Assembly: GCA_021399345.1 (NCBI GenBank)
Contig: JAAFKI010000030.1
Location: 1 to 28,408 of the forward strand
Source: Candidatus Heimdallarchaeota archaeon
GTDB taxonomy: Archaea; Asgardarchaeota; Heimdallarchaeia; Heimdallarchaeales; Heimdallarchaeaceae
Direction: 5' to 3'
Length of the DNA stretch: 28,408 nucleotides
The notes below the pieces were generated by a model, which saw only the letters and a list, made by a program, of their open reading frames with translations, searched no databases and had not been told where the DNA came from. A program made the position numbers and the translations under genes. Of this stretch, positions 8,987-19,400 are shown one piece after another; positions within the stretch are counted from its first letter, which is position 1, and every line of letters begins with the position of its first letter.

Positions 8987-9002
8987 ATAGAATATATTCT
9001 AT
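8987..9002. promoter_or_regulatory. Perfect 16-bp palindrome ATAGAATATATTCTAT in a divergent intergenic region, candidate operator
   Basis: Sequence equals its own reverse complement; lies midway between the divergent starts at 8898 and 9072. Confidence 0.4.
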
Positions 9003-9071
9003 CTCTCAAAAAACCCATAACAAAAAAGACTGATTCGATAAAGTTAAAAGAATACTCTTTTTTTTGTAGTT

Positions 9072-10094
9072 ATGGCTGAAATTGAAAGCAGAAATTTTTG
9101 CGCATTCCATTTCCACAATGATTCCGATGGAGAATGTTCAAACTGTGGATTAGCAATATGTAATCTTGACCAACAATATGACTTACAAGCTAACAGACAA
9201 TGTCAAATATGTTTTAATTTAACAAGAGCTAAGAAGATTGCAAGATATATACAATTTGGTTTGTGGGGTGCAATAATTTTGCTTGTTGTAATGTTATGGT
9301 TATTACTAAAAGAGAGTGGAAATACTTTTTATGCTTTCCTTCCAGTTCTTTTGCTTTTAGTCGTTCCATATCTTCTCCGTCCTGTTCTGATGAAATTGTA
9401 TTTTAGAGATTTGGCGCCAATTGAGTCAATATTGCCTATCCTTCGTTATTTTGAAGGTACTGGAAATAAGGATCATTACAAGCTTTTCTTGAGATTTTTA
9501 GGCAAATTAACTGAAGAAGATATTAAAACTATCCACAAACCATTATATGATTATTTAATTCCTGCTCTCGCATTTAATTATTCCAAGTTACCTGAAGGTT
9601 GGGAAGAAGATTTGACTGAAGGTCTTCAAATTTCTAAGGAAAGATTTATCGAACTTATGGTGAAGGATTATCGCACCATCTTGATTCAAACTGCTGTTCA
9701 TAATGCTCAGTCCAATATGGCCCTCTTCATTTTCTACTTGAGTGAAACAGCTTCTGATAAAGAGCTCATTAAAGAATACATCATTGAAATTACATCTAAA
9801 GACGTTTTGAAGTTAAATGAAGAAGAAGTAAATATTATTTATAAACATCTTTTAGAAGATTTGTATCTCTATGAGGAGCGATTTCTTGAACTCTGTGATG
9901 AATTGGAACTTAAAAAACAAAAAGATTTACTTATTCAACTTATAGAAAGATTTGATCCCCCTCCCGTACCAAAGAATCAGATTGAAGCTGTTATGTCTTC
10001 AGACCAACTTAGGGAGAAAAGAAGAAAGGAAAAGGAATTAGCTGAAAATCCAATCCCTCTAGAAATCGAGCAAAAAACTGAGGAAACTCAGTAA
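9072..10094 (+). CDS. Membrane protein: B-box-like zinc finger, 2 TM helices and a helical C-terminal domain
   Basis: CxxH-x8-CxxC-x4-CxxD...CxxC at the N-terminus; hydrophobic stretches at about aa 59-78 and 86-103. Confidence 0.7.
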   Translation: MAEIESRNFCAFHFHNDSDGECSNCGLAICNLDQQYDLQANRQCQICFNLTRAKKIARYIQFGLWGAIILLVVMLWLLLKESGNTFYAFLPVLLLLVVPYLLRPVLMKLYFRDLAPIESILPILRYFEGTGNKDHYKLFLRFLGKLTEEDIKTIHKPLYDYLIPALAFNYSKLPEGWEEDLTEGLQISKERFIELMVKDYRTILIQTAVHNAQSNMALFIFYLSETASDKELIKEYIIEITSKDVLKLNEEEVNIIYKHLLEDLYLYEERFLELCDELELKKQKDLLIQLIERFDPPPVPKNQIEAVMSSDQLREKRRKEKELAENPIPLEIEQKTEETQ

Positions 10095-10130
10095 AATCTC
10101 CTTCTTTTATTTTGTAAGTATTCACAACTC

Positions 10131-10139
10131 ATATATTTA
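10131..10139 (+). promoter_or_regulatory. Candidate TATA element for the C/D sRNA
   Basis: ATATATTTA about 20-28 nt upstream of the 5' stem arm, following a T-rich tract (10101-10113) that could terminate the upstream gene. Confidence 0.35.
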
Positions 10140-10158
10140 CTAGTTTTGAATCTCTAAT

Positions 10159-10237
10159 TGAGAATAGCGAATATGATGAGGAATTACAACCGATGATTCC
10201 ATGATTTTCCTAGCTCACTCTGATGACGTTATTCTCA
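10159..10237 (+). ncRNA. Box C/D 2'-O-methylation guide sRNA
   Basis: Box C ATGATGA 10173-10179; D'-like CCGA 10190-10193; C'-like ATGATTT 10201-10207; box D CTGA 10220-10223; 11-bp terminal stem TGAGAATAGCG (10159-10169)/CGTTATTCTCA (10227-10237). Guide CCTAGCTCAC pairs with the conserved LSU rRNA motif GUGAGCUGGG. Confidence 0.85.
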
Positions 10238-10364
10238 TTATCTTCTTTAGGTAAAAGTTTCTAAGGAGAAAGAGCTTTAGTACTTTGGTTCCTCCAATAG
10301 CGATAACAAAGTCTTAATATGATAGTTTCTATTTTCGTTATTATCACATTATAAAGGATTACTG

Positions 10365-11999
10365 ATGACAGTAACTGAACAAAGAAGGAAAAATATAACG
10401 TTTGTTTGGCAATTTGCAGGTATTTTTCTTTATCTTTTTACGATTGCTGTTGCTTTAGTAGGTTTGGTATATTTGGTCTGGTCTTTTGTATTGATGATTC
10501 AAAGATTCTATGAAGTACCGTTCCAGAATATAATGATATTAGAGTTTATTTTGAATTTAATTACATTATTGGTAGAATTTCTTGGTGTATTCTATACTGT
10601 CATGTTACTAAACCACATGGCTTCCACTTGTATGAATCCTCCAAGTTTAACCAAAAGGGAAACCACCATAGAAAATTATCCCACCGTTAGTATACTTATC
10701 CCTATTAGGCATCCTGAGTATGAAATTCTTAGGGAAACCTTAGTTTCCATTTCAGAGGTTGACTATCCTAAAGAGAAACTAACTGTATTCTTGGGTGATG
10801 ATACTGAAAAAAAGCATGAGAGTTATCTAAAAACCGTTGAACTTGCTCAATATTATAACGTTCAACACATACATGATCCATCGAATATTCATTTCAAAGC
10901 TGGAATGTTAAACGTTGTCTTAAAACATGTAACGTCAGAATTTTTTATACTATTGGATTATGATCACAAAATAGAACCAATGCTTATCACTAAATCTGTT
11001 AAATTACTTATGAACAATTCACAACTAGCTTTCGTACAATCCAAAGTAAATTTCAGACTTGTTAAATCAAAATTGCAAGTATGGGAATCTGTAATGTATG
11101 CTCAATTTTATGAAGTATTTCAACGATCAAAAACAAAACATTCTACAGTTTTGACTAATGGATCTACAGCTTGTTATCGCAAGTCATATGTTGATGAAAT
11201 TGGTGGAATACCATTTGATACATTCACAGAAGATGTTGATATTTCAATTAAACTTCTTGCAAAAGGATACAAAACAGAATTAGTTGATGAATACGGTAGT
11301 TTTGGTTTGATTCCAGCAAATTTCTCTCTTCTCTTATCACAAATATTAAGATGGGCAAAAGGGAGCATGCAAGTTCTTAGATTAAGATGGAAGAAAATAT
11401 TGTCAGCTAAAATGCCTTTCATTCATAGGATAGATTTACTGTTCAGTGCATCGCTGTTTTTTATTGCCGCTTCAGTATACTTAAATCTAGTTTTTTATGT
11501 TATTATGTATTTTACAAACAGTTCTGTAGTTCGATTACCTATGAGTGTTTTTCCACCATTATTGATCATGCCAATAGCATTTGCAGTTTCCTACCAACTT
11601 TCTGGGATAATAGCAGTTCTTTACGCTAGAAGAAGTGGAATTAGAAATCTAAAATTATTTGATCTTGTTTATTTCTTAATTCTCGCTCTCGTGCTTAATC
11701 CATTCACAGTTTATGCTGTTTTCAAGTCAATGTTTAAACGAAAAATCCCATCAAGAGATAGGGATGAATGGAATGAAAAAATTCCTTATATTATACTTTC
11801 TCTTATCATTTCCATCTTGGGTGGTGGTCTCATTACCATTTCCATTTTTGACATTTTAAGCAATGGTTTTACTGGATCCTTTTGGCTAATTTTAGGTCTC
11901 TTGGGTTTAACCATGCTAGCAACTTTTCCAGTGTGTATTTTCTTCCATTTCTCAACAAAACACAACAAACCTTATTTTGTTAAAGAGATTAACACATAA
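10365..11999 (+). CDS. Processive GT2 glycosyltransferase (cellulose synthase-like), paralogue 1
   Basis: 2 N-terminal TMs; GDD, FKAG, DYD, TED and QILRW motifs; about 5 C-terminal TMs; no PilZ domain. Confidence 0.9.
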   Translation: MTVTEQRRKNITFVWQFAGIFLYLFTIAVALVGLVYLVWSFVLMIQRFYEVPFQNIMILEFILNLITLLVEFLGVFYTVMLLNHMASTCMNPPSLTKRETTIENYPTVSILIPIRHPEYEILRETLVSISEVDYPKEKLTVFLGDDTEKKHESYLKTVELAQYYNVQHIHDPSNIHFKAGMLNVVLKHVTSEFFILLDYDHKIEPMLITKSVKLLMNNSQLAFVQSKVNFRLVKSKLQVWESVMYAQFYEVFQRSKTKHSTVLTNGSTACYRKSYVDEIGGIPFDTFTEDVDISIKLLAKGYKTELVDEYGSFGLIPANFSLLLSQILRWAKGSMQVLRLRWKKILSAKMPFIHRIDLLFSASLFFIAASVYLNLVFYVIMYFTNSSVVRLPMSVFPPLLIMPIAFAVSYQLSGIIAVLYARRSGIRNLKLFDLVYFLILALVLNPFTVYAVFKSMFKRKIPSRDRDEWNEKIPYIILSLIISILGGGLITISIFDILSNGFTGSFWLILGLLGLTMLATFPVCIFFHFSTKHNKPYFVKEINT

Positions 12000-12016
12000 C
12001 ATTAAGGGGAAATAGA

Positions 12017-13672
12017 ATGCAGTGGAAAAAGATTTTATGGTATGTTTTAGCCTATTCTCTTTTTGCTTTTCTTACATTCTATATTATTTACAGTAGTATC
12101 GAAATTATTCAAGTTTATAGGACTATGCTCCCAAGTGGGTCAGCTATAGTTGGTTTAATTCTAAATTTTCTCATTCTATTATTAGAATTATTTTCAGCAT
12201 TTTTCTCAGTTTTCATTTATTATTACATTGGTTCATCATCAAATTATACTTTACTAAAGGATGAGAATAACAAGTTTCTAAAGAGCAATTCTCTACCTAA
12301 GGTGGCCGTAGTATTTCCCTTATACAGAGAACCATTTACAGTTGTTTCCCAAACATTGGAAGGGGCAATGAATCTAGATTATCCTAAAGAGAAATTGGAG
12401 ATAGTTGTTTGTGATGATAGTCCTGCTGAACATTCATCCGAGATAGAATCTTTTTGCAAAGCTAATAGTATCACATTCATACGCAGAAAAAATCGTTCAG
12501 GATTTAAAGCTGGCGCGATTAATAATGCTTTGAAACAAATAAAATGTGATTTTCTAGGAATCTTAGATGCTGATCATATTCCAACTCCCAATTTCATCAG
12601 AACTTGTCTCTCTGGCTTTACTGAAGACGATATTGTTCTTGTTCAAGGAAAACCAATGTTTGTGAATCAAGATGATTATCTGATGAGAAGTAGTGCCTTT
12701 ATCCAATCTCAATTTTACCACATTTATCAAAAAAGTAGAGGTACTAGAAATGGTGTTATATTTGCTGGAACTACAGGATTGTTGAGAGTTGATTTACTAA
12801 AAGAATTCGGAGGTTTCTTGGAAGATACGTTAGCTGAAGATACAGATACTTCTTTTATGTTAATGTCTAATGGATACAAGACCCGATATCTTCATGAGAT
12901 CTGTTCCAAGGGTTTGGTTCCTTGGAATCCTATCAGTATGGTGAATCAAGTGTGGAGGTGGACAAATGGGATTACTTCGATTTTTCGTAAGAGGTTTTGG
13001 AAGATAGTAAAAGGAAATAATAAAACTATAAATAAAATAGATATTCTTTCAACAATCACAACCCCAATAATTGGGACAGTTATGATTTTTGTATACGTTT
13101 TACTGTTTGTTATGTATATGATCAAAGAATTCACCGGATTAGCTGAATTTGCATTCATAAGACCAGATTTAGGTGTTTTTCCTCTCCTATTGGTTGCTCC
13201 CATTTTGATTTCCCTTGCTAGTCTAATTATGGCTTTTGTTACATGGCGTAGAGAAGAAAAAGAAGATAGAATGATTCGTTTAAGAGGTTTCTTTGGTATG
13301 TTGTGGACAATTACTGCCTTTTACCTTTTAATGATGACTGCACAATATTTTCTAGTTTGGGCAGTTATAAGTGCACTTTTGGGTGTCAAGAAAGAATTTG
13401 ATAGAACGATAAAAGTGAAAACTAAAACTATAGGAAAAATGAGTCAGAAAGTAAAATACACACTTTGGTCAATTGGACTACTTCTAATTGCTGGAGCATT
13501 TTACTTTGTTAGTTATAGAACCCTTATAGCTAATGATGCTCTATTTGGTTGGTTTATTATTGCTGCTGTCACTGCAACAATTCCAATAATAATTACTATT
13601 GGTCATTTCAGCAAATTAGATTTTACCAAGGATAAAACAGCAGCAGATGTAGAAAGAGAATACGGAGATTAA
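12017..13672 (+). CDS. Processive GT2 glycosyltransferase (cellulose synthase-like), paralogue 2
   Basis: 2 N-terminal TMs; CDDS, RxNRxGFKAGAIN, DADH, AED and QVWRW motifs; about 5 C-terminal TMs. Confidence 0.9.
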   Translation: MQWKKILWYVLAYSLFAFLTFYIIYSSIEIIQVYRTMLPSGSAIVGLILNFLILLLELFSAFFSVFIYYYIGSSSNYTLLKDENNKFLKSNSLPKVAVVFPLYREPFTVVSQTLEGAMNLDYPKEKLEIVVCDDSPAEHSSEIESFCKANSITFIRRKNRSGFKAGAINNALKQIKCDFLGILDADHIPTPNFIRTCLSGFTEDDIVLVQGKPMFVNQDDYLMRSSAFIQSQFYHIYQKSRGTRNGVIFAGTTGLLRVDLLKEFGGFLEDTLAEDTDTSFMLMSNGYKTRYLHEICSKGLVPWNPISMVNQVWRWTNGITSIFRKRFWKIVKGNNKTINKIDILSTITTPIIGTVMIFVYVLLFVMYMIKEFTGLAEFAFIRPDLGVFPLLLVAPILISLASLIMAFVTWRREEKEDRMIRLRGFFGMLWTITAFYLLMMTAQYFLVWAVISALLGVKKEFDRTIKVKTKTIGKMSQKVKYTLWSIGLLLIAGAFYFVSYRTLIANDALFGWFIIAAVTATIPIIITIGHFSKLDFTKDKTAADVEREYGD

Positions 13673-13676
13673 AAAT

Positions 13677-16451
13677 ATGATTCAGTTAGATATTAGAATT
13701 CTTGTTCCCCTCATTTCAATTCTTTCATCTGGATCGCTAATCGTAGAAATAGTTAAGAAAAGAATATTGAAACTGAAAACATCAGATTCTTTTGCTGAAA
13801 ATCTTGTTGAATCTTTAGTTGTGGGAACTATTGTTTTAGTTGTTCCAATGTTGATAATTGCTTGGGTCGCTAATAAAACAAATAACATCCTTATTCTAGA
13901 GCGATTTGTTTATGTTTACCTGGCTATTGGATTACTTTATTTAATTTACAAAATATACGTCTGGGTTAGGAAAAAATTACCAATACTTGTTTTGTCTGGA
14001 AGAAAAAGATTAACTCAATCAATGGATCTACTTCTAAAAATTATAATAATCCTGATGGTACTTTTCTATGCATTTCAAGTACTTGTGTACCCCTTTAAGG
14101 GATGGGATTTTTTGCATTTTTATTTACCAAATTCTTTCAGAATCTTTGTTACTGGTCAATTAAGTTCAATTAATGAATTAACATTTTTTCCCCAATTCAA
14201 ACCCCCAATGAATATATTGCTTTTTGCATATACGTTTTTTGTAACACAATCTGAAATGATTCAGTTCATTCCAATATTATATTTAGCAGGTACTGCTTAT
14301 TTTTGTTATAAAATATCCAAGATAATGGGTTTATCAAACAAAACTGCTCTTTTTGCCTCAATTGCCTTTCTAGCTACTCCTCTTACTTATTTTCTTGTGT
14401 ATGAATATACATATTATCAAGAGATGTATATACTCTTTTTTACTACTGGAGCTTTTTATTATTACAAACGTTTTCTGGGTACAGACAAAAGTAAAGAGCA
14501 GCTGTATTTTGCTATTTTGACGTCATTGAGTCTTGGTGGCTGTAGTTTAAGTAAACTGAGCGGTTTTATTATTCCTATTGTTTTATTTGTTGCAATGCCT
14601 TCTGATAAAATTGGTAAGGTTCTGCGGGTTATAATTATCGTAGGTTTAGCGAGTCAACTGATAAGAAAATCAATATTTGAGATTTACTTAGGTACAGGGA
14701 TTCTTATAGGATTACTTGCGATATATTGCATTTATCTTGTTATTAGTAGTAAGAGTTTACTGTTTTCTGCTAAGCGATGGATTTATACCTTAGGTATTTT
14801 TGTATTCCCTCTTGCTATTGTAGTATTATGGATTTTTTACATGCTAACAATTCCTGGCGTAGAAAATTATCTCGTTGATCTATTTGTGAATCTAAGATTC
14901 TCTAAATTAAGTTTATCTTGGCCTGGAATTGCCTTACCTGATACTGTAACTTATCTAGAAAACGCTCATACAGCATCCTTCATATCCTCTTCATTCTCAT
15001 TTTTAATAGCAGCAATGTTTGCTGGTACATGGATGATTTTTAAGCTTGTAGGCTTTGTTAGTTCAAATAAGAAAAACAATGATCTTGTGCTTTGGATAAT
15101 TTTCTTCCTTATTATCTGGCAAGGATTCTTTGCTATGGGATCAGTTAGATACCTTACCCCAATCCTAGTTCCTTTAGCAATTATTTTTGCAATCGGATTT
15201 GAATCAGTTGTTGAGTTCTTCAATAAAAGAGATGGAAAAAATAGGGATGGATTATTAGCTTACTTGTTCATCACAGCAAGTGCTTATCTCTTCCTTTATC
15301 CAATTTTACCTCTAGAGACTGTCTTTGAAAACTTTCATCTACGCTGGTATTATGCTCATACAAGACTGTTGTCTTTATTTGGATATATTCTATTATTTAA
15401 TTTAGTAACATTTCTTTTAATCTGGAAAGAGAAAAATTTCAAGTTAGGTTATTCACAAATCTATAATAAAAAATTCAATGTTAGAAAGATTCTTTCAGGA
15501 ATTTTAATTTTTGTAGTTGTTTCTGTTCCTTTTGCTGGCCAAGTAGCTCTTCTTGCTTCTGTTGGTTTTAGTTTGAAAGATTTTGAAAGCACATATAGTT
15601 ATGATTATAGAGAATCATTTCAAGAGCTAATAGATGCCATTAATAGACTTGGTTACACAGATAACCAAATTATTCTCTCAGTGAATACGCCAGGTTTAGA
15701 ATATTATTCATCTCAACCGATAATTGATCTCTATATGCTAGGTTTTCTAAGTGAGACGGGTTTATCAGACTCATCTGTTCCACTTTGGAAATCAAATATT
15801 ACAAGAAATCTAGAGTTTTTTGAGAAATATGGAGTAACCATTTTTGTAGCTCTAAATAGTTCTAATGATTGGTTTCCAGCATACTTGGAAGAATTTTACT
15901 GGAATTATTTTATCTTTAGATTTCTTCATAATAATGAATATTTCACTTATCGATTTGCAAACGAAGAATTCATGTTATTTACTATCATTAAATTCGAAGA
16001 TTTTATTGGACCTGTTGATATAGAATTGAAAGGAAATTCTTCTAAATCTAGTCTTCTTGCATATGCACCATTATCGATAGATATAACTGACGAAAATGCT
16101 TCAATTGAAGCATTATTAGATTTAACTGCAATTCAAACCAGTCAACCAATTTCGATTGATATTTCTACACGGTATACTCTCTCAACCAACAATACAATAA
16201 TAGTAGCTAATAGCAATTTTGTATTTAACAAGCCCATCGATGAAGCATTTACTTCCTTATCTCTACTGAACTTGCCTCAGCAATCAATATTCATTCATGA
16301 TATAAGCATAACAATTAATTATAATGATTTAGGGGGATTTCCACAGACTGCTATCCACAACTTAGATCCTATGTTTGGGAATTCAGTAAACATTACTTGG
16401 ACAAGCAACTCATGGTTTTATGAAGGATATTATGGTTTTCAATTCATCTAA
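13677..16451 (+). CDS. Large polytopic membrane protein, probable GT-C fold (PMT/ArnT-like) glycosyltransferase with a C-terminal soluble domain
   Basis: Many TM helices; WDxxxxY acidic motif in an early loop, KPP, ATP, SKLSG and VRYLTP are GT-C-like patterns; C-terminal ~290 aa are hydrophilic with several N-x-S/T sequons. Confidence 0.6.
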   Translation: MIQLDIRILVPLISILSSGSLIVEIVKKRILKLKTSDSFAENLVESLVVGTIVLVVPMLIIAWVANKTNNILILERFVYVYLAIGLLYLIYKIYVWVRKKLPILVLSGRKRLTQSMDLLLKIIIILMVLFYAFQVLVYPFKGWDFLHFYLPNSFRIFVTGQLSSINELTFFPQFKPPMNILLFAYTFFVTQSEMIQFIPILYLAGTAYFCYKISKIMGLSNKTALFASIAFLATPLTYFLVYEYTYYQEMYILFFTTGAFYYYKRFLGTDKSKEQLYFAILTSLSLGGCSLSKLSGFIIPIVLFVAMPSDKIGKVLRVIIIVGLASQLIRKSIFEIYLGTGILIGLLAIYCIYLVISSKSLLFSAKRWIYTLGIFVFPLAIVVLWIFYMLTIPGVENYLVDLFVNLRFSKLSLSWPGIALPDTVTYLENAHTASFISSSFSFLIAAMFAGTWMIFKLVGFVSSNKKNNDLVLWIIFFLIIWQGFFAMGSVRYLTPILVPLAIIFAIGFESVVEFFNKRDGKNRDGLLAYLFITASAYLFLYPILPLETVFENFHLRWYYAHTRLLSLFGYILLFNLVTFLLIWKEKNFKLGYSQIYNKKFNVRKILSGILIFVVVSVPFAGQVALLASVGFSLKDFESTYSYDYRESFQELIDAINRLGYTDNQIILSVNTPGLEYYSSQPIIDLYMLGFLSETGLSDSSVPLWKSNITRNLEFFEKYGVTIFVALNSSNDWFPAYLEEFYWNYFIFRFLHNNEYFTYRFANEEFMLFTIIKFEDFIGPVDIELKGNSSKSSLLAYAPLSIDITDENASIEALLDLTAIQTSQPISIDISTRYTLSTNNTIIVANSNFVFNKPIDEAFTSLSLLNLPQQSIFIHDISITINYNDLGGFPQTAIHNLDPMFGNSVNITWTSNSWFYEGYYGFQFI

Positions 16452-16459
16452 TTGTTCAC

Positions 16460-19400
16460 TTATCTTCTAACAGAAGATACCTTTCTTTCTTTACTCGCTT
16501 TTCTAGCAATCAATAAAGTTGTTAGAATAGCAACTAGAATAATTAGTGCTACATTGAGGAGAAAAATATTCCAACTTCCTTTTGGTACAAATGTATGTCC
16601 AAAGAAAACTGTTTGATTTAAGCTTGATAATATTTTCAGGATAAGAGTACCAATTCCATACCCAATAAGCGATGCCACGAATGCAATAAGTCCTAGTCTT
16701 GAAAAAATCGAAACAATGGTATGAAGGTTTGTACCTCCTATCATCTTAATAATCGTTGTTTCCCTTTTGCTTTCCTTATACATATTTTGTAGAATTGAGT
16801 ACATATTGACAATTACTACAACAAGGATAAGTGCTATCTCTGCATAAGCTAGTGTATATGTAAATAACAATGACCCCCTAAGATAGTAGTTTAGATATTC
16901 TGTTGAAAATGCAATTAAGAAAGAAAATCCTGCCACTGGCTTAAAAGGAATTTTTGACCATTGTTCATCCGAATCACTTGGCAAAACTATAGTAATCAAT
17001 TCTTTCCCAGGTTCAAAGATTCGACGTAAGTGTAAAGAACCTCCATCTTTTAGAAAAACAGTTAGATTCACATAACCATAGGATAAATAAATTTGAATCT
17101 TTGAATATAATGAAGTTGTAGTTATTATTTGTCCTTGTAGTTCTGTTTCTACTATTACTGGAAGATTGTAGATTTTTGACCCATTATCATATTTGAATTC
17201 AAAGACAACTGCTTTTCTCATAGAAGGGATTTCAAACAGAACGATGTTGTTTAATCCGTATACCTCAAAAGGAACAGCAATTGTAGCATCTCCTCCTCTG
17301 GTGAAATAACAGATATAATCTCCTGAAGGTAAAGACGATGTGAAAAATTGTCCTTGATTGTTAGTTATTTGAGACATGATTCTTCTTCCAGACAAGTCCC
17401 TAATAATGCAATATTGATTGATGATAGAAGAGTTAGCAAAATAGTCTCTTACTTCAACAATCGTTTCACCATAACCAATTAGGATGTTCTGATTGATTCC
17501 TGTACTAGTATCCAATTGGAAATCGTACTGTTTATCCGCATAATTGAACTTTACCTGAAATTCTCCTTCAAAAACATTGAAAAAAACACTTCCATTGATA
17601 TCTGTTGTAAAGTAGTTGGTTGGAGAATTGTAAAAATCATTAATAGCAACAGTTAGATTAAAGATTTGATAAATCTCATCCCCTATTTTTACTTCAAGAG
17701 ATAAATTGACTGGAACATATTCTTGTTCCAAGTAAAATGTATAGGTTTCTATTTTTGTGTTATAATAAGAATCAGTGAGATAGAAAATTATTGTGTGCTC
17801 TCCTCCTACTAGAAACTGAAGATTATAGATTCTATCATATTCGTAAATTGGTTCATTATCTATTTTAAATGATATTAGTACTGCATCACTTTCTAGTATT
17901 AAATCGGCATCTAACCCCTCTTCTCCTTTGTGGGGTGACAAAATTGTGACATAAGGTTTATTCGTGTCCACAATGAAATTATAGTTAAAAGTATCATTAG
18001 AGATGTCCACTAATTGATAAAAGAGAGAGTAGTATCCATCACTAACATAGAGTGAATTGATTGAATTAATAGTATAATTAACATCAAAATATGTAAGGTT
18101 TACAACTACATCCCCGGCATAAGTTTCGTTCAAATCATCATTAGTTACTATAGATGTTTTCTGACCATCTAAAATCTCAAAAGTCCAAGTACGCTCTCTA
18201 CTATCCCATAAATCTACCCAATAGATTATTTTGAGATTATAATTGCCTGGATAGAGAAAAACTCTAGTGAAATCCTTACAATCCCCTGCTTTGAGAACAG
18301 TTCCTGTTATTTGATATTCAACAACGACCCCTGCAACATTTGAAAAAACTTCCAAATCAATATAATTTTGATTTATTGTCCCTGAATATTCATTTAGTAG
18401 GTAATAATCTATTGGAACGCCTCCTGTAAAATTAACTACGACAAACTCATAGAACAGTTCAATGGAATTTCCTGCAAGATCAGTTGTTCTTAATGTTAAA
18501 GTATGGTTACCGTTTCCTTGAGGAACAAGAATTTTCATATCATAAGCAGTTGAAAAAGAAAGACTATCCCATGAAAATTCAAGAGAAGAAAGCGTTTCAT
18601 TTGTTAAAACCGTTAGTATAGATTCATAATTGATTTCACTTCCATTAATATAGGATAGTGTAATAATTGGTGCTGAATTATCTATCCTAAAAGTGTATGA
18701 TCGATTTGACCAGGTAGAGGTATCATAAAATGCTAAATACAAGGTGTGATTGCCTTCAGCTAATCCATCTGGTTTGATTATGCCGTTTTGACTTATCAGT
18801 AAAGCTGCATCACTATCCCAATGGTAATATGCTTCATATTGCGGATTAAACCATGTTTGAATTTCAGATTCTGCTCTGACTTGCATGTGCTCTCTTAAGC
18901 CAATAATGCCTATTCCCTCAGGATTGTCTGTTACAGCAAAAACAAAATTCCATTCTTTGCTAGAATTCTCAAATTCCGCTTTCAGTGTTAAGGCGTGAAT
19001 TCCATTAACATAAGGAACGGATATTATATCAGAAAGAACCTCAAACCAAGGATCATTATTCCATCTATAGATGAAATTGCCACTAAAACTCTGAGTTGTA
19101 TTAAGAATTATTACAGTTGAAGGATTCAAGTGAGAGCCATTCATTGTATTTATAAAATAATAGTCTTCAGGAATTGCTTCTATCACATTAAAGAAAACTT
19201 TGGCTTCTGCGTAATTTAGACTCTTATTAAATCCACTCGATATAAAATCTTGATTATAAGTTTCGATTGTCAAAGAATGGAAACCCTCATCAAAAGGAAT
19301 TGAAATGCTTTCTGGAGCTTCTTCACCAGGTGATGCCAAATAGAAGTCTTCCATTGTTGTTGGGTTATCATCCCAGTAGAAATAAATGGAATAACCTGGA

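Noticed and set aside
10173-10206. Eukaryote-like SECIS element (AUGA...hairpin...UGA)
   Set aside because: The helix is only 7 bp, shorter than SECIS helix II; neighbouring ORFs have no in-frame UGA; the box C/D reading with an rRNA-complementary guide explains the whole element better.
10365-13672. Naming the GT2 genes bcsA
   Set aside because: No PilZ domain, no HAKAG/FFCGS motifs and no bcsB/C/Z; the product cannot be assigned as cellulose from sequence.
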